Positions 12,398 through 25,093 of a stretch of DNA of 64,000 nt are shown here, in pieces. The stretch lies in NCBI GenBank assembly GCA_964016885.1, contig OZ024741.1, forward strand, positions 225,370,001 through 225,434,000. The letters are read 5' to 3'. Numbering within the stretch: position 1 is the first letter of the stretch; each line of letters begins with the position of its first letter. Position numbers and translations under genes: made by a program. Under the pieces are notes generated by a model, which saw only the letters and a program-made list of their open reading frames with translations, was not told the origin of the DNA and did no database searches. This DNA is from Eledone cirrhosa. Lineage: Eukaryota.

Positions 12398-13530
12398 TGA
12401 ATAAAGTTAGTCCTTCATCAGTGATCTTCCAACCTTCATTGGTATTTCATCGCTTTAAAGACCATATACCTCCGGTTGGTGCGAGCAACGGCTAAAGAAA
12501 GTCATTGGGACACGTAAATAAGAGGAATGAGCGAGACTGTAAACAATCAAAGATGGTAATGGAACGAAAAGTGAGGAAGAAAGAGTCAAGTCCCAGATTT
12601 CTATGAATGTAAGTTCGGTGAAATCGTGAACGAGAGAGAATAAAGACCATCAAACCTAGTCGAAATGTGAGCAAGGAAGGAATTCCGCACAGGTCAAACG
12701 GGAGGAAGTAGGAGAGGTAGTAGCAGAGAGTGAGTGAGTGAAGGGTGAGGAAGAGGCTAACAGAGAGAGGGACTGTTAGAGAGGGTAAAGGGAGGTGAAA
12801 AGGTTGGAAGATCACTGATGAAGGACTAACTTTATTCATATGTAACCCATTTGCAACCACGCAGCACGTTTGTTTTCATATTCTCACATATATTTTCCTC
12901 CGCTGTGACTCGTCTATTTCGTTCTTACTGCTTCCTCTTTCTCTGTATCTTTCACCTCCCTTTACCCTCTCTAACAGTCACTCTCTCTGTTAGCCTCTTC
13001 TTCACCCTTCACTCACTCACTCTCTGTTACTACCTCTCCTACTTCCTCCCGTTTGACCTGTGCGTAATTCTTTTCTCGCGCACGCTTGACCAGTCTGGTT
13101 GTTCCTTTTTTCTCTCTTGTCTACGATTTCACAGAACTTATGTTCACCGAATTCAGGGACTAGACTCCTTCTTCCTCCCGTTTGACCAGTGCGGAATTCC
13201 TTCCTTGCTCACATTTCGACTAGGTTTGATGGTCTTTATTCTCTCTCGTTCACGATTTCACCGAACTTATATTCATGGAAATCTGGGACTTGACTCTTTC
13301 TTCCTCACTTTTCATTGCATTACCATCTTTGATTGTTTACAGTCTCGCTCGTTCCCCTTATTTACGTGTCCCAACGACATTCTTTAGCCGTTGCTCGCAC
13401 AAACCGGAGGTATATGGTCTTTAAAGCGATGAAATACCAATGAAGGTTGGAAGATCACTGATGAAGGACTAACTTTATTCATATGTAACCCATTTGCAAC
13501 CACGCAGCACGTTTGTTTTCATATTCACAT
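12398..13530. mobile_element. Non-coding element with an inverted partial copy plus direct terminal repeats (PLE-like architecture)
   Basis: 12398-12800 is the reverse complement of segments of 12950-13482. 12801-12883 is directly repeated at 13444-13526. Flanked by TA runs. Confidence 0.55.
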
Positions 13531-13642
13531 ATATATACCAGGAACGATCGACTTTCGTCAAATCGGACCGTGGAAACAATGTTTCCATTGGTCTTTCCAG
13601 TTGCTAGTACTATCTATCGGTCGCAACTCCAGGTAGAAGGAG

Positions 13643-13707
13643 TCCGGGAATCGAACTCAATATCTCACGATGGTAAATCCAATTCTCTAACCACTCAGCC
13701 ACACGCC
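13643..13707 (-). mobile_element. tRNA-derived SINE head (second family)
   Basis: The minus strand reads GGCGTGTGGCTGAGTGGTTAGAG...GAGTTCGATTCCCGG, giving Pol III A and B boxes. I could not fold a clean cloverleaf. Confidence 0.6.
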
Positions 13708-13864
13708 TTCACAACATATGTATATTTTCAGTGTCGTCTACCCTTGATGGTAGGGTCCATACCGTAGATAGAACTGAATGTAATCTGATGTTGTTATTAT
13801 TTTTACTGTTAATTTAATACCTAATAAATAAATAAATAAATAAATAAATATATATATATATATA

Positions 13865-14202
13865 TACAATATTAAATAAATGGAAACTATATTTATAAAA
13901 CCATATTTATTTCATTATATATATTTCGGGGATATCATATTAACAATATGCTATGCCTTCCTCAGACAAAATACAATATAAACAGTTTTATAGATAAATA
14001 GATTCGACATACCGTTATAACACCGACTTCCATTTGAAGAGGTTTAAGCTGGCAGTATGTCGAATCTATTTATCTATAAAACTGTTTATATTGTATTTTG
14101 TCTGAGGAAGGCATAGCATATTGTTAATATGATATCCCCGAAATATATATAATGAAATAAATATGGTTTTATAAATATAGTTTCCATTTATTTAATATTG
14201 TA
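13865..14202. ncRNA. Fold-back cassette (148-bp arms) with hammerheads at 13908-13973 (-) and 14094-14159 (+)
   Basis: TATTTTGT-CTGAGGA-[~31-nt stem II]-GAAA-T(ATAT)A-TA|ATGAAATA. Stem I forms 8 bp including GU pairs. Arms are 13865-14012 and 14055-14202. Confidence 0.75.
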
Positions 14203-14287
14203 AATATACTCCAAATATTTGTCGAGTGCTTTTATATCAGTTATAAATATTTACTAGTTGTAACCCAACAATTTTAAATATAACTTT

Positions 14288-14371
<84 letters not shown>

Positions 14372-14730
14372 GTGAGGTTTTTTTACAAAATGAAAAATAA
14401 CCGAGGTGTCCTACACGAGTGAAAGTATAAAGAAAAAAAGATGAAATCGAAAATGCAACTGGAGTCTTATTTAAAAAAATATATATTTATTTGGTTCCTT
14501 TACCGGTTTCGCAGTTCTTCTGCTTTTCAAAAGTAGAGTTGAGATGGAGGGTCTGTCGTTTTCTCACATCTTTATATATGTATATATATATATATATATA
14601 GTATAATTAGAATTTTGGGCTTCAGTTATGGCCCACATAGTGGAGGAGCCATAACTAGATAACAGTGGTGGCCATAACTAGATCCTGAGAACTAAGGTCG
14701 CGCATACATATTAAGTGTATGAAACTTTAA

Positions 14731-15401
14731 TCTATAATATAATTGTTTCTACTTTTTGGTACAAGGCCAGCAATTATCCCAGTGTATTACTGGTACTTTA
14801 TTTTATCGACCCCGTAAGGATGAAAGGTAAAGTTAACCTCGGCGGGATTTGAACTCAGTCCGTAAAGGGAAGTAACACTTTGCTGCAAAGAATGGCGTCC
14901 GACCCTCTACCGATACTGCCAATCCACCGCCCTTTCTATAATATAATAAAGGAAGGAGTACGGGACAGCGTCCGTTATATATATATTTTTTATACCATTA
15001 GTAAAATAAGTTCGATTACTGTGAATAAATAATGAATGAATATTATGTAATTTATCTACTAAATTTTAAGATTCACTTCTTTTAAAATTTTCAAATGTAT
15101 TTGCATCTTTATATAAGATTTATATTTCTGTTGCTAATTTTCTCCTTTTTCGTTTTCAAAACAATTTAGTTTATTATATATGCAGTTTATATATAATATC
15201 GTCTTTTTTAAATGTATCATGGATTACTTTACTGATTACAGAAGAGAGGGTAACGCAGACTTCGTTTAATTTCTGTGCATATTGTCAATTACGATTTCAT
15301 TTGACGTATCATATCTACATGCATGTATACTTGCTTATAATATCAATATGGACACTACGCATCCCAGCATAAAACCACCCGAAGGGTGGTTTTTCTGCTA
15401 G
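14731..15401 (+). mobile_element. Non-autonomous Helitron with a nested SINE
   Basis: The 5' end is A|TCTATAATATAATAAAG. A 3' hairpin AAAACCACCC-GAA-GGGTGGTTTT (15371-15393) is followed by CTAG|T (15398-15401). It sits between A and T with no TSD. Confidence 0.7.
14744..14934 (-). mobile_element. Full-length tRNA-derived SINE (main family)
   Basis: A box TGGCAGTATCGG, B box GAGTTCAAATCC and body CCTTTCATCCTTACGGGGTCGATAAAATAAGTACCAG. 13-bp TSD TCTATAATATAAT at 14731-14743 and 14935-14947. Confidence 0.9.
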
Positions 15402-16068
15402 TTATAGTAAATCAGCTCATTTGCATTAGATTGAGCATTGTTTTCATTGGCTTTTTATCTTGAGATTTATTGCATACACACACACATATGTATATGCGAA
15501 TATGCGTACAACTAAGAAACTGATCGGTTTTTAATACTATTAAACTATCTAAAATTTAATATATATTATTCAAATTTATTCGTAATCAATATTTAAACAG
15601 TGTTACTGACATAGTTATCTTGAAGTTTAAAGTAAATTGTCAACAAACACGCTCAAATATTGTTATCTCTAATTTGTATCATGCATACTGAAATTTACAG
15701 TGAAATGTTCACTGGTTTAGTTGAGTAATTATGAGATTAACTTTGTAATCACGTATTTTAGTTGAAGTTTCTATATATAACTGTTTTACCAAATCAAACT
15801 CTAACCAATTCTCCCAGTAACATATAAAATTACTCGTTTATTTAAAACTATTTCATGGTGTTTTATCTGTAAACCATTAGGTGGAACTCAGATGATTTAG
15901 CTTCTATTAAGAATTGTAAGTATGCATTTATATATAGGCTAGCTGTTGAAACGGCAGGAGCTCAGCCACCGGGGTCCTGAATCATTCATATAACCACACT
16001 CTACTACACGAAGTATCGAGTACTCCGGTGAGTAATTGTTTAACCAGTTTCTAACTGAATCCATCATG

Positions 16069-16109
<41 letters not shown>

Positions 16110-16218
16110 GAATTAGTATATCTACCAACATATATATACAGATGCATACCTATGCTAGCAAATATATAGGTTTTGTCTTAGTAACTGTGTGGTTCAATGC
16201 AAGGGGATGCAGAACAAT

Positions 16219-16631
16219 TATATGAAAGACGTAAAATAAGAAAATTATAAAAATTAACTTACTTACTAAAATTTCACTCCAACTAATTAGTTTCTGAAAG
16301 GGAATAAACATGGTTTCCGAATGGAACCCATGGAGAAAGCCTTTCGTCATCAGGAAGTCAATTCTCAGCTAATTTTCCAGGCGATGAGTGGGCCTCAATG
16401 TCTTGGAATTTAGTCCACGCTTGCTTTTTTCCATCCACTAAATTATTTTTGTATAAGTTCCCTGTGTCCACGCATCGCCTGGAAAATTAGCTGAGAATAG
16501 AGTTCCTGATGACGAAAGGCTTTCTCCATGGGTTCCATTCGGAAACCATGTTTATTCCCTTTCAGAAACTAATTAGTTGGAGTGAAATTTTAGTAAGTAA
16601 GTTAATTTTTATAATTTTCTTATTTTACGTC

Positions 16632-16640
<9 letters not shown>
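16219..16640. ncRNA. Fold-back cassette (~173-bp arms) with hammerheads at 16276-16358 (-) and 16501-16583 (+)
   Basis: The minus copy reads ACTTC-CTGATGA-C-GAAAGG[insert with internal hairpin]CCTTTC-A-GAAA-C(TAATTA)G-TT|GGAGT. The plus copy has one stem I change (AGTTC). Confidence 0.8.
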
Positions 16641-16685
<45 letters not shown>

Positions 16686-16941
16686 GCTCTGGTCTCGAAC
16701 AATCGTCCGGCCCCAGCTTATTAAGTTTTTAGATTTTTTTACCCCAACCGTTCTTTACCCCACCCCCGCTTTTTAAATTTTGCTAAACTATCTGCGGCGA
16801 AATTTTATTTTAAGTGGGAGAATTAATTTTCCTTATATATTAAAAAAAACACAGTATACATGATAAAAACACGCCCATTACTAGAAATTCCATACGTTAT
16901 AGAATAACTAGGATGGGTTGGGGTCTCATTATTTAAACTAA

Positions 16942-17028
16942 CTTTGCCTTTCATCCTTACGGGGTCGATAAAATAAAGTACCAGAAATGCACTGGGTATA
17001 TGCTGGCCTTGTGCCTAAAGTAGAAACA
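16942..17028 (+). mobile_element. 5'-truncated SINE (main family)
   Basis: The 3' half of the SINE is flanked by a 14-bp TSD ATTATTTAAACTAA at 16928-16941 and 17029-17042. Confidence 0.85.
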
Positions 17029-17319
17029 ATTATTTAAACTAAACGACTAATTCTGGTTTTCAAAAATCAACGAGGACAACCTAGAAAAATTACTGATCCC
17101 ACTTATTCCAATTCTCCCTCTATTATTTAGGACTCGAGTGTATATAATATATATATAAATATAAATTCAGCGAGAATCGCATTTCGGCGGGTAGAAAAAG
17201 CGAAACGTAACGCAAATTCCGAGTCATGCTGGAAAGCGCGCCATAGTTTAAAAGACTAGAGCAATAAACATAGGTTATAAAAGCCATACAAACTGAGAAG
17301 GCGTATATATATATATATA

Positions 17320-18238
17320 CGAGGTGTGTCACAAAAGTTCCAGGACTGATGTCACAAAAGATTTATTTCAAACCAAAACTTGACACTAAGAGTTTTCTCC
17401 TTCAAAGTAATCCCCCTGGAGTATGTAACTGACTGTAATCTTAGCTCTCTGCAGCGATCAAACTTGTTTCTTCATAATTTTATATACATGTCCTCTGTTT
17501 CAGATCGTCAAGCAATGAGCACAGAGCAACGAACAAACTTGAAGTTTCTGGTACGGTTGGGGAAAACTCCGTCACAAGCACTGGGATTGCTGTAGCAAGT
17601 GTATGGAGATGAGACGATGTCACGCTCACGTGTTTTTGAGTGGTGCAAGAGGTTTAAAGAAGGACGCGAGGACGTGGAAGATGACCCCAGGAGCGGAAGG
17701 CCCTCAACAACCAGGACTGAGGTCAACGTTGAGCGCGTTAGGCTGATGGTGCGTAGCGATCGTCGGCTGACTGTTCGACTGATGGCAAATGAGCTGGGCA
17801 CGAATCGGGGCAGCATCTGGAAGATTCTCGCTGAAGATTTGGACATGCGGAAAGTCTGCGCGAAGATGGTGCCAAAACTGCTGAACGATGACCAGAAGGG
17901 TCGACGCATGCAAGTGGGCCAGACTTCCTCGAGCGTCTTGAAACCGAACCAGACTTGCTAGGGACAGTCATCATCGGTGATGAGTCATGGAACTTCGAGT
18001 ACGACCCGGAGGGGATCCGTTTTGAAGACGTAGACGACATCAGAAAGGCCGTGACGACGGAACTGCGGAGGATCCCGGAATAATCCTTCCAGGAGTGCAT
18101 GCAAGCGTGGCAGAAAAGGATGGAAAAGTGCATTAGACTCCAGGGTGATTACTTTGAAGGAGAAAACTCTTAGTGTGAAATTTGGGTTTGAAATAAATCT
18201 TTTATGACATCAGTCCTGCAACTTTTCTGACACACCTC

Positions 18239-18239
<1 letters not shown>
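17320..18239 (+). mobile_element. Internally deleted mariner DNA transposon with ~100-bp inverted ends, inserted in (TA)n
   Basis: Ends read TA|CGAGGTGTGTCA...TGACACACCTCG|TA. The transposase remnant from 17515 includes EDDPRSGRP, KMVPKLL and GDESW, then jumps to GIRFEDVDDI...GDYFEG. The second and third catalytic Asp are deleted. Confidence 0.92.
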
Positions 18240-18294
<55 letters not shown>

Positions 18295-18419
18295 GTTTGT
18301 ATGTATGTATATATATATATATAAAATTAATTAAATTAAATTAAATTAAGGGAGTCATGTCCGAGACATGCGCCATATTCACCGTAGAATAAGCTCAAAG
18401 ATTCCAAGGAGGATTAATC

Positions 18420-18499
<80 letters not shown>

Positions 18500-19011
18500 A
18501 ATAGAAGTTTAGTAAAATCGAAGCTTCGGCTGTAGCCAAGCCAACGAGATACAATGAGGAATTGTGCAGCCAAGCACTTAATGAGGAATATCGGAGTGAT
18601 AACATTCGTTAGACGGCATGACAAATTGAAAACTGTGGCAGGTAAGCCGGACAGAAAGTTCTCACAGTTTTCCAAATGTTTATTGACTTTGCGTTCTTTA
18701 ACTTAAGGAAAATTTTACAAGTCAAAATATTCACCATTCTTTTGTGATTATAGTCTGCCATTGTTTAGGAAGGCACTTGGTTCAATCCCACTAGAATTCT
18801 TCTGACTTCGATGCAAAGAATTCTGTCAGCCCCTGATTTAACTGGTCGTCTTGGCGAAGGTCTCTGACTGCATTGCATTAGAATTATTTCGGAAATTTGA
18901 AATCTTCCTTTCTCACCTCTCTCTGACATACAAAATTAACATGTTGGTCAGTATTGAAAAGGGCAGCTATCTATAACTGTCGACCTTTCTATCTTCTGGC
19001 AATAAAAAAGC

Positions 19012-19172
<161 letters not shown>

Positions 19173-22100
19173 CTGGGATGGACACACGCGTATAACTTGC
19201 TGAGTAAGTTCTGTTTAAATTTCTATAGAAATTCTTGTCTGATAACTTTAATTTTTGTACCATTTTGTAGAGGGACTGCCAGGTCAAACTTTGATCTGGT
19301 CAGTCTCTCAAAATATTCTACGCCTTTAGGCGAAATAGTTAAACAAAAAAAAAAGTTTTTTCTTGTTGAAAAGTCAATATTTTTTAAATGGCCGAAGCTT
19401 CTTCACCAAAATTCGAAGGAGGAAAGGGGAAGATGAACTTACAGCTTCCCCCTGCCACTGTCACAGTAGCAGAGGTCAAGAAGAAAGGTCAGCCAGAGGA
19501 AGAATTCTCTCCACCTGTTAACCGACAACTTGACGTTGCCATGGCAACAACTCAAAGAACCAGCAGCAACAGCAACAGCAACAATGCGACGGACGAAAAC
19601 AACACCAATAACAATAACAATAACAACAACAAGACCAATAACGGTGACAACAACAACAATGATAACAACAACACCACCAACGACAACAACAACACAAACA
19701 AACAAAATTTCTCCTTCGCCGAGACGACAAGGAAAACCCTCGACTATCTGCCAGTAGATATAACAAAAGTGAAGGAGCTACTGGCGGATGCGAAAAAATA
19801 TATAGTGTACGGGTTCATTCACAATCCATCCCCCCCCGGAACTAAAAAGCCAGAGACTCCTAAACACGGTCATGTTTAGGACAATCTCGAACAAAAGTAA
19901 AAAACCAGCTCAACCATCACAGAGCGAGATAGAGCTGGTTTTAAAAGACGTCATGAAGGACATCACCTTCATTCAGAAGGATAGACTCTACGGGAGTCTA
20001 TCCATTCTCATGAAGGACAGGGACACAGCAGTGAAACTGTCCATCAAACCAATCACATCCACCGCATACACCTTCTACCCTACGTACATGGGTAGAAGAA
20101 CACAAAAAATAAAAATCCACACCATCCTGCCGATTATGGACATATGGTGGGTTTTGACAGGTTTTCTGGACCTGGAGGATGACATGCTGGTGTCCATGGG
20201 AAAGGCATCGGGTGACGCGTTCAGTGGAACGAGCCTCGAACTTGTAGTTCAAATGAGGCCCGAAAGGATCGCCCAGATCCCTGAACGCGTCATACTGGAT
20301 GATCTAACCTTCATCAACATTACCGTTGAGGGTAGACGGCCTTCGTGTTACCTCTGCGGAACCAGAGGTCACCTGAGGGCTGTCTGTCCACAACTTAATA
20401 AGAAAACCCCAATCCTGCCTACACCACCAACAACTGCACAACCAACACAATCACCACAACTACCACTACAAAAACAACCACCACAGCTCAAACCAAAACA
20501 AAACAATGTCCAACCCATCCCCTCCACTCAAAAAACAAAAACAATTTCCAAAACACCCGTACCGCAAACACAACCCGAAAATATACCCCTCCCCTCCAAC
20601 GCGGAAGATGACCCTAGTTCGTCGTCAGACGAGGAGGAGCACTTCCACACAATCAAAAGAAAAAAAAGAAAACACACCTCAGACACACAAATGAAAAAAA
20701 CCCTCCCCAAAACATAACACTGACACCAACACAAAAGAGCTCACAACAACAGCAAACAAAAAACACCACACAAAAACAAAAACATGCATACACATACATA
20801 AATACAAGAAACAAAAAACTGTTAAACATTGTGTACAACAACAATCTAATAAAAACACAAGGGCCTAACTTCACCCAGGCAGGGGATTTCCCCCACCTCA
20901 AAATGATTAAGGCCCCACAGGACACCTATAAAACTTTAAAAAACAATTTTAAAGAGGACGTGGGTCCCCCCTGCGTCGGGCCCATTAACCGCGTCCTCCT
21001 AAAAAACTATCCCACCCCCTCCCCAAACACCCACACAACTCCAAGCTCCCCAACCACACATCACACTGATGCCCCCACACTTCCACAAACCACCACCCCA
21101 CCCAACAACCCATCCCCCACCCTAATGGAAATTGTGCAGCCCGATACCCGGGACGCAGAGAGGTAAGTGCCTTTTCTCTTCACTACCAACATGGCTATGC
21201 TAAGAGTAGGCTGTTTAAATGCGCGTGGCCTGGGCTCAACTTGGAAGCAAGCAATGCTTCTAAATGACCTCAGGTCACAACGTATAGATGTGATGGTTAT
21301 TTGCGAGGCCCGGATCAGCAACGTGCGACAGCTGGCCCCCACCTTTGATGACTTTGAGATGCACGCATCTCTCTGTCAGCCCGGAGGCGGGGGTGGAGTT
21401 GTCGTTCTGCTGCAAAAACATCTGGGTCTCGCAACACAGATGGTACATTTGGACCCGGAGGGTCGACTAGTGGTTCTGGACCTTGGCAGTGGTAAAGGTG
21501 GAGCGTTTAGGTTGGTAGCCGCCTACGGCCCTTTCGGGTCAATGCGGCCGGACTTCTTCCATCGTCTGGAGACTTTTCTAGGGACGTCCCGCTCCTTGCT
21601 ATTAGTGGGGGACTGGAATGGTATCCTAGATGCACGCTGGGACTACGTAGGGGCCTGCCCCGATAGAGAGGGGTGTAATAGCCTCAAAGGGTTAATCGGT
21701 CGATTTGACCTGGCCGATAGATATCGACTAGATTTTCCGACTGCGCCAACCTGGACTTGGGCAAATCGTAGCGGATCATCTAGGTCGTACCTAGATAGGT
21801 TCTTAGTTAGAATTAAGGATAAGGACTTTTTAAGTTGTCCAAAAATGCGCATGGTTGGCTATTCAGACCACAAATTAGTGACCTGCATGGTCAACCTTGA
21901 CAGAACTCATAGACAGGGCCCCGGTTACTGGAAGCTCAACTTGTCCTTGCCGGCAAGTAGAGCCTACAGGAATCGGATTAGTACGTTAGTTAAGGAACGG
22001 TTGACTGGAGCGATCGTCAACAGCAGGTGGTGGGTATCTCTAAAGAGAGAGATTAGAGTAGTCTCGATTGAATTTAGTAAGGTTCTAGCTGCGGATAGGA

Positions 22101-25061
22101 ATAGGAAGGAAAGGGAGCTAATAGATAGAGTAGAAGAGGCAATTAGAAGCGGCGACGTGGCCAGAGTGCTAGCGTCGAGAACGGCTTTGAGCCAGTTTTT
22201 CGACGCGAAGCACGAAGGCTGCGTTGTCCGAAGTAAAATACGTGCTCTAGGGAACGAGGGGGCCAAAGCTGTTAGCTGGGCCCGCGTGACAGAGGCCAAC
22301 AGTGGAACTAAATCCACCATCCGGTCTTTGCGAGACCTGGATGGACGGGCGATTCTTGAGCCTAAGCAGATGTGTGAGGCCTTTCAAAGGCACTTTGCCC
22401 GACTGTTCGGGAGGGGCGGGGAGCCGGTTGGGAACGTGGACTTCGGTCCATACCTCTAGTGCTATACATGGTAGTGGGGTGACTAGAGTAGCCATGTGCA
22501 AATACCCCTCGACCGTCATCAAGCAACAAAGTAACATGGAAAGTGGAGAGATGTTGTGCTGAAAAGGACCTGTCCAACACATGTGAGCATGGTTTGGGGC
22601 AGGTTGGTAATTCGGTCCATACCTCGACGGCCTGCCGCGCCTCTCGGACAGGGAGGCGAAGTCCTGCGAGGAGCCGATTTCGGCCGCTGAGATAGAGGAC
22701 GTGCTGAGCCAATGCGGCAAACGCAAATCCCCGGGTCTCGATGGTCTTCCTTACGAATTATATCTAGCTATGCCGGACTTGTTCCCCGATCTCCTCGAGG
22801 CGGTCTACTGCAACTGGCAACAGAACGGGAGAATTCCCTGTACTGTGACCAAGGGCGTAGTCACGCTAGTGAGGAAGGACGAGAACAAGGGGGACGAAAT
22901 AAGTAACTTCAGGCCCATAACTCTGCTAAATACAGAGTTACAGATTTTGGCCAAGGTGCTAGCAAAGAGGTTGGCGCTTGTCGTGGGCAACCTGGTGGGA
23001 GATGCGCAGACATGCGCTATCCCGTCCAGGTCCATCCATGACAACCTCCACCTCATGCGATACATCATAGAGAGGGTTGGGAACGAACCCGGCTTTGGTG
23101 GGGCTCTGATCAACTTGGATCAATCTAAGGCGTTCGATAGGGTCGACCATGGCTACCTGGATGCGGTGCTAGCGGCGGCAGGCTTCGGACCCGTTTTCAG
23201 GGGCTGGATCACTGCTATGCACAGCAGCCGCATCTGCTCTAGGGTCAAGGTGAACGGCTACCTCTCGGAGCCGTTCAAAATCGCGCGGTCCATCCGACAA
23301 GGGTGCCCTCTCTCCTCCCTTCTGTATGTGTTGACTCTCGAGCCACTACTGCGGAAGTTGGAGTTGTTGCAGGGCATCCCTTTGGAACCGGGATTGCGGA
23401 AGGCGGTGTCAGCCTACGCCGATGATGTGACAGTAATGGTGTCGACGGCCTCCGAAATCGAGGCGGTCGGCACCTTACTGGAGGAGTACGAAAAGTTCAC
23501 AGGGGCTAAGCTGAACCGGGACAAGTCGATCGGTTTGCAACTCGGCACGTGGAGGGGCAGACCGATGCCCTCTGATGGCGTCGTCGGACGCTGGACGGAG
23601 GGCCCGGTGAAGTTGCTCGGGGTCTGGTTCGGACCGGACCTCCAGGTGGAGAAAAACTGGGCGGAGGTTACGAACAGGGTGTTTGCACTGACCCAGAAGT
23701 GGGCCAGTTGCAAACTATCCCTGAAAGGTCGGGCGGAGGTGGCGAACACTTATATAGCGTCCGTCATCTACTACCGCCTGACCGTAGTGCCCTGCCCAAG
23801 GGAAACCCTCACCAAGATGGAGCGCGCGCTCTTCCAATTCCTTTGGAAGAGGCGGGCTCCTATGGTGAGGAGATCCATCTGCTGTCAACACCCTTCGAAA
23901 GGAGGGCTGGGGATGCCGTGGCTAATGATGCGTAAACACGCATTAAGGCTACGGCACCTCTACGTATTCCTCACCGGACAACCGGTGTGGGCCTCGTTTG
24001 TGAGACGAACCTTTCCCAGACTCGTCTCACTCACCGAGCTGCAATCCTGGGTCAAGCAAAGACCGAGAAAACTGGGCGCCTGGCACACTGAGTGTGCCCA
24101 GGCGCTCACCGCCCTCTGGCAGGCGGATCCGGTTATCAGTGGAGACTCCACCGCAACATTCTATAGAGGGCTGGTACGCAGCAGGTGCGACGACGCCCTC
24201 GGAGAAGCCCTAGACATGGAGGAGGACGAACTGGCCAGCCTGTTCGGTAGGACATTCAGCCCGGGACCTATGGACAACTTCCAGAAGTCCCTGGCCTGGC
24301 AGTGCTACCGAGGGGCTTTACCCGTTCGAGAAAGGCTCTACAGACACGGGCGCCCGGGTAGGGACCCCGCCAAAAAGATCTGTCCCAGATGCGTGTGCGA
24401 CGAGGAAACCGTTGCACACGCATTGGTACACTGCTCGGGCGTAGCCGATCTGTGGGGCTATGTCGAACAACTGCTGTCAAGGGTGGGACCGATCCGGTTG
24501 ACCACCGAGTCTATTATAATGATCAAGCCGCCTCCCCCCTTCAAAGATGAAGCAGAGGCGGTGTTTCTGTGCGTAATAGCCATGGCGAAAGAGGTTGTAT
24601 GGTGGACGCGTCTGAAAGGACTGAGGTCAGGCACCTTTCTCTCTGGCCAACAACTGGTCCGTTTCTTCCGATATCATTTCGGAAGAAGGATCAGGATGGA
24701 GAGAGAGGTGCTGCACCCCAGTCGTTTTTATGAAAGGTGGGTGAAAGTGGCGAGAATGGCCCGTGTGAATGGGCCTTCTCTTTACATAAGCCTGTAGGTG
24801 GAAAAGAGGAAGGAACGAGGGAGCACCCCCTCTCTGTGCTCCTGAGGAAAAGGGTTGCACACTTTTTTTCGGGGGTGTGTGCGACCCCCCAAGGCGCCTC
24901 CTCTCTATTGGGGATTTTGTTAAAAATTTTATTTTTTGTTATATCTTATTTTATTTTTATATTTTGTTATTGCCTCCTCCTTATTGAGGACGCCTTTTTG
25001 TGTAAACTCCCCCCTTTGTACTTGTCCCACTTTTGATGCCCTAGTGGCAAATAAAAGAAAC
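19173..25061 (+). mobile_element. Full-length Tx1/L1-clade LINE, copy A
   Basis: ORF1 19388-21166 is frameshifted and has the zinc knuckle CYLCGTRGHLRAVC. ORF2 21191-24797 has APE (LNARGL, GDWN, YLDRF, SDH), RT (KSPGLDG, FRPITLLN, QGCPLS, YADD) and a C-terminal CPRC..H..C. AATAAA precedes (TATC)n. Confidence 0.95.
22457..22610. mobile_element. 154-bp insertion in ORF2 of Tx1 copy A
   Basis: 15-bp TSD TTCGGTCCATACCTC at 22442-22456 and 22611-22625. The insert is absent at the homologous sites of copies B (near 28490) and C. Confidence 0.9.

Positions 25062-25093
<32 letters not shown>

Noticed and set aside
13643-13707. Possible tRNA gene (also 40721-40752)
   Set aside because: Neither forms a complete cloverleaf; they are a SINE head and a PBS respectively.
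14497-14535. Minus-strand hammerhead-like TTGAAAA-GCAG/CTGC-GAAACCGGTA
   Set aside because: Two core substitutions and a weak stem I; at most a dead relic.
15371-15394. Hairpin plus T-run resembling a bacterial intrinsic terminator
   Set aside because: The context is eukaryotic, and it is better explained as a Helitron 3' hairpin before CTAG.
16150-16724. Two ORFs with identical N-termini on opposite strands
   Set aside because: They are a by-product of the inverted repeat; the ATG lies inside the hammerhead CTGATGA box.
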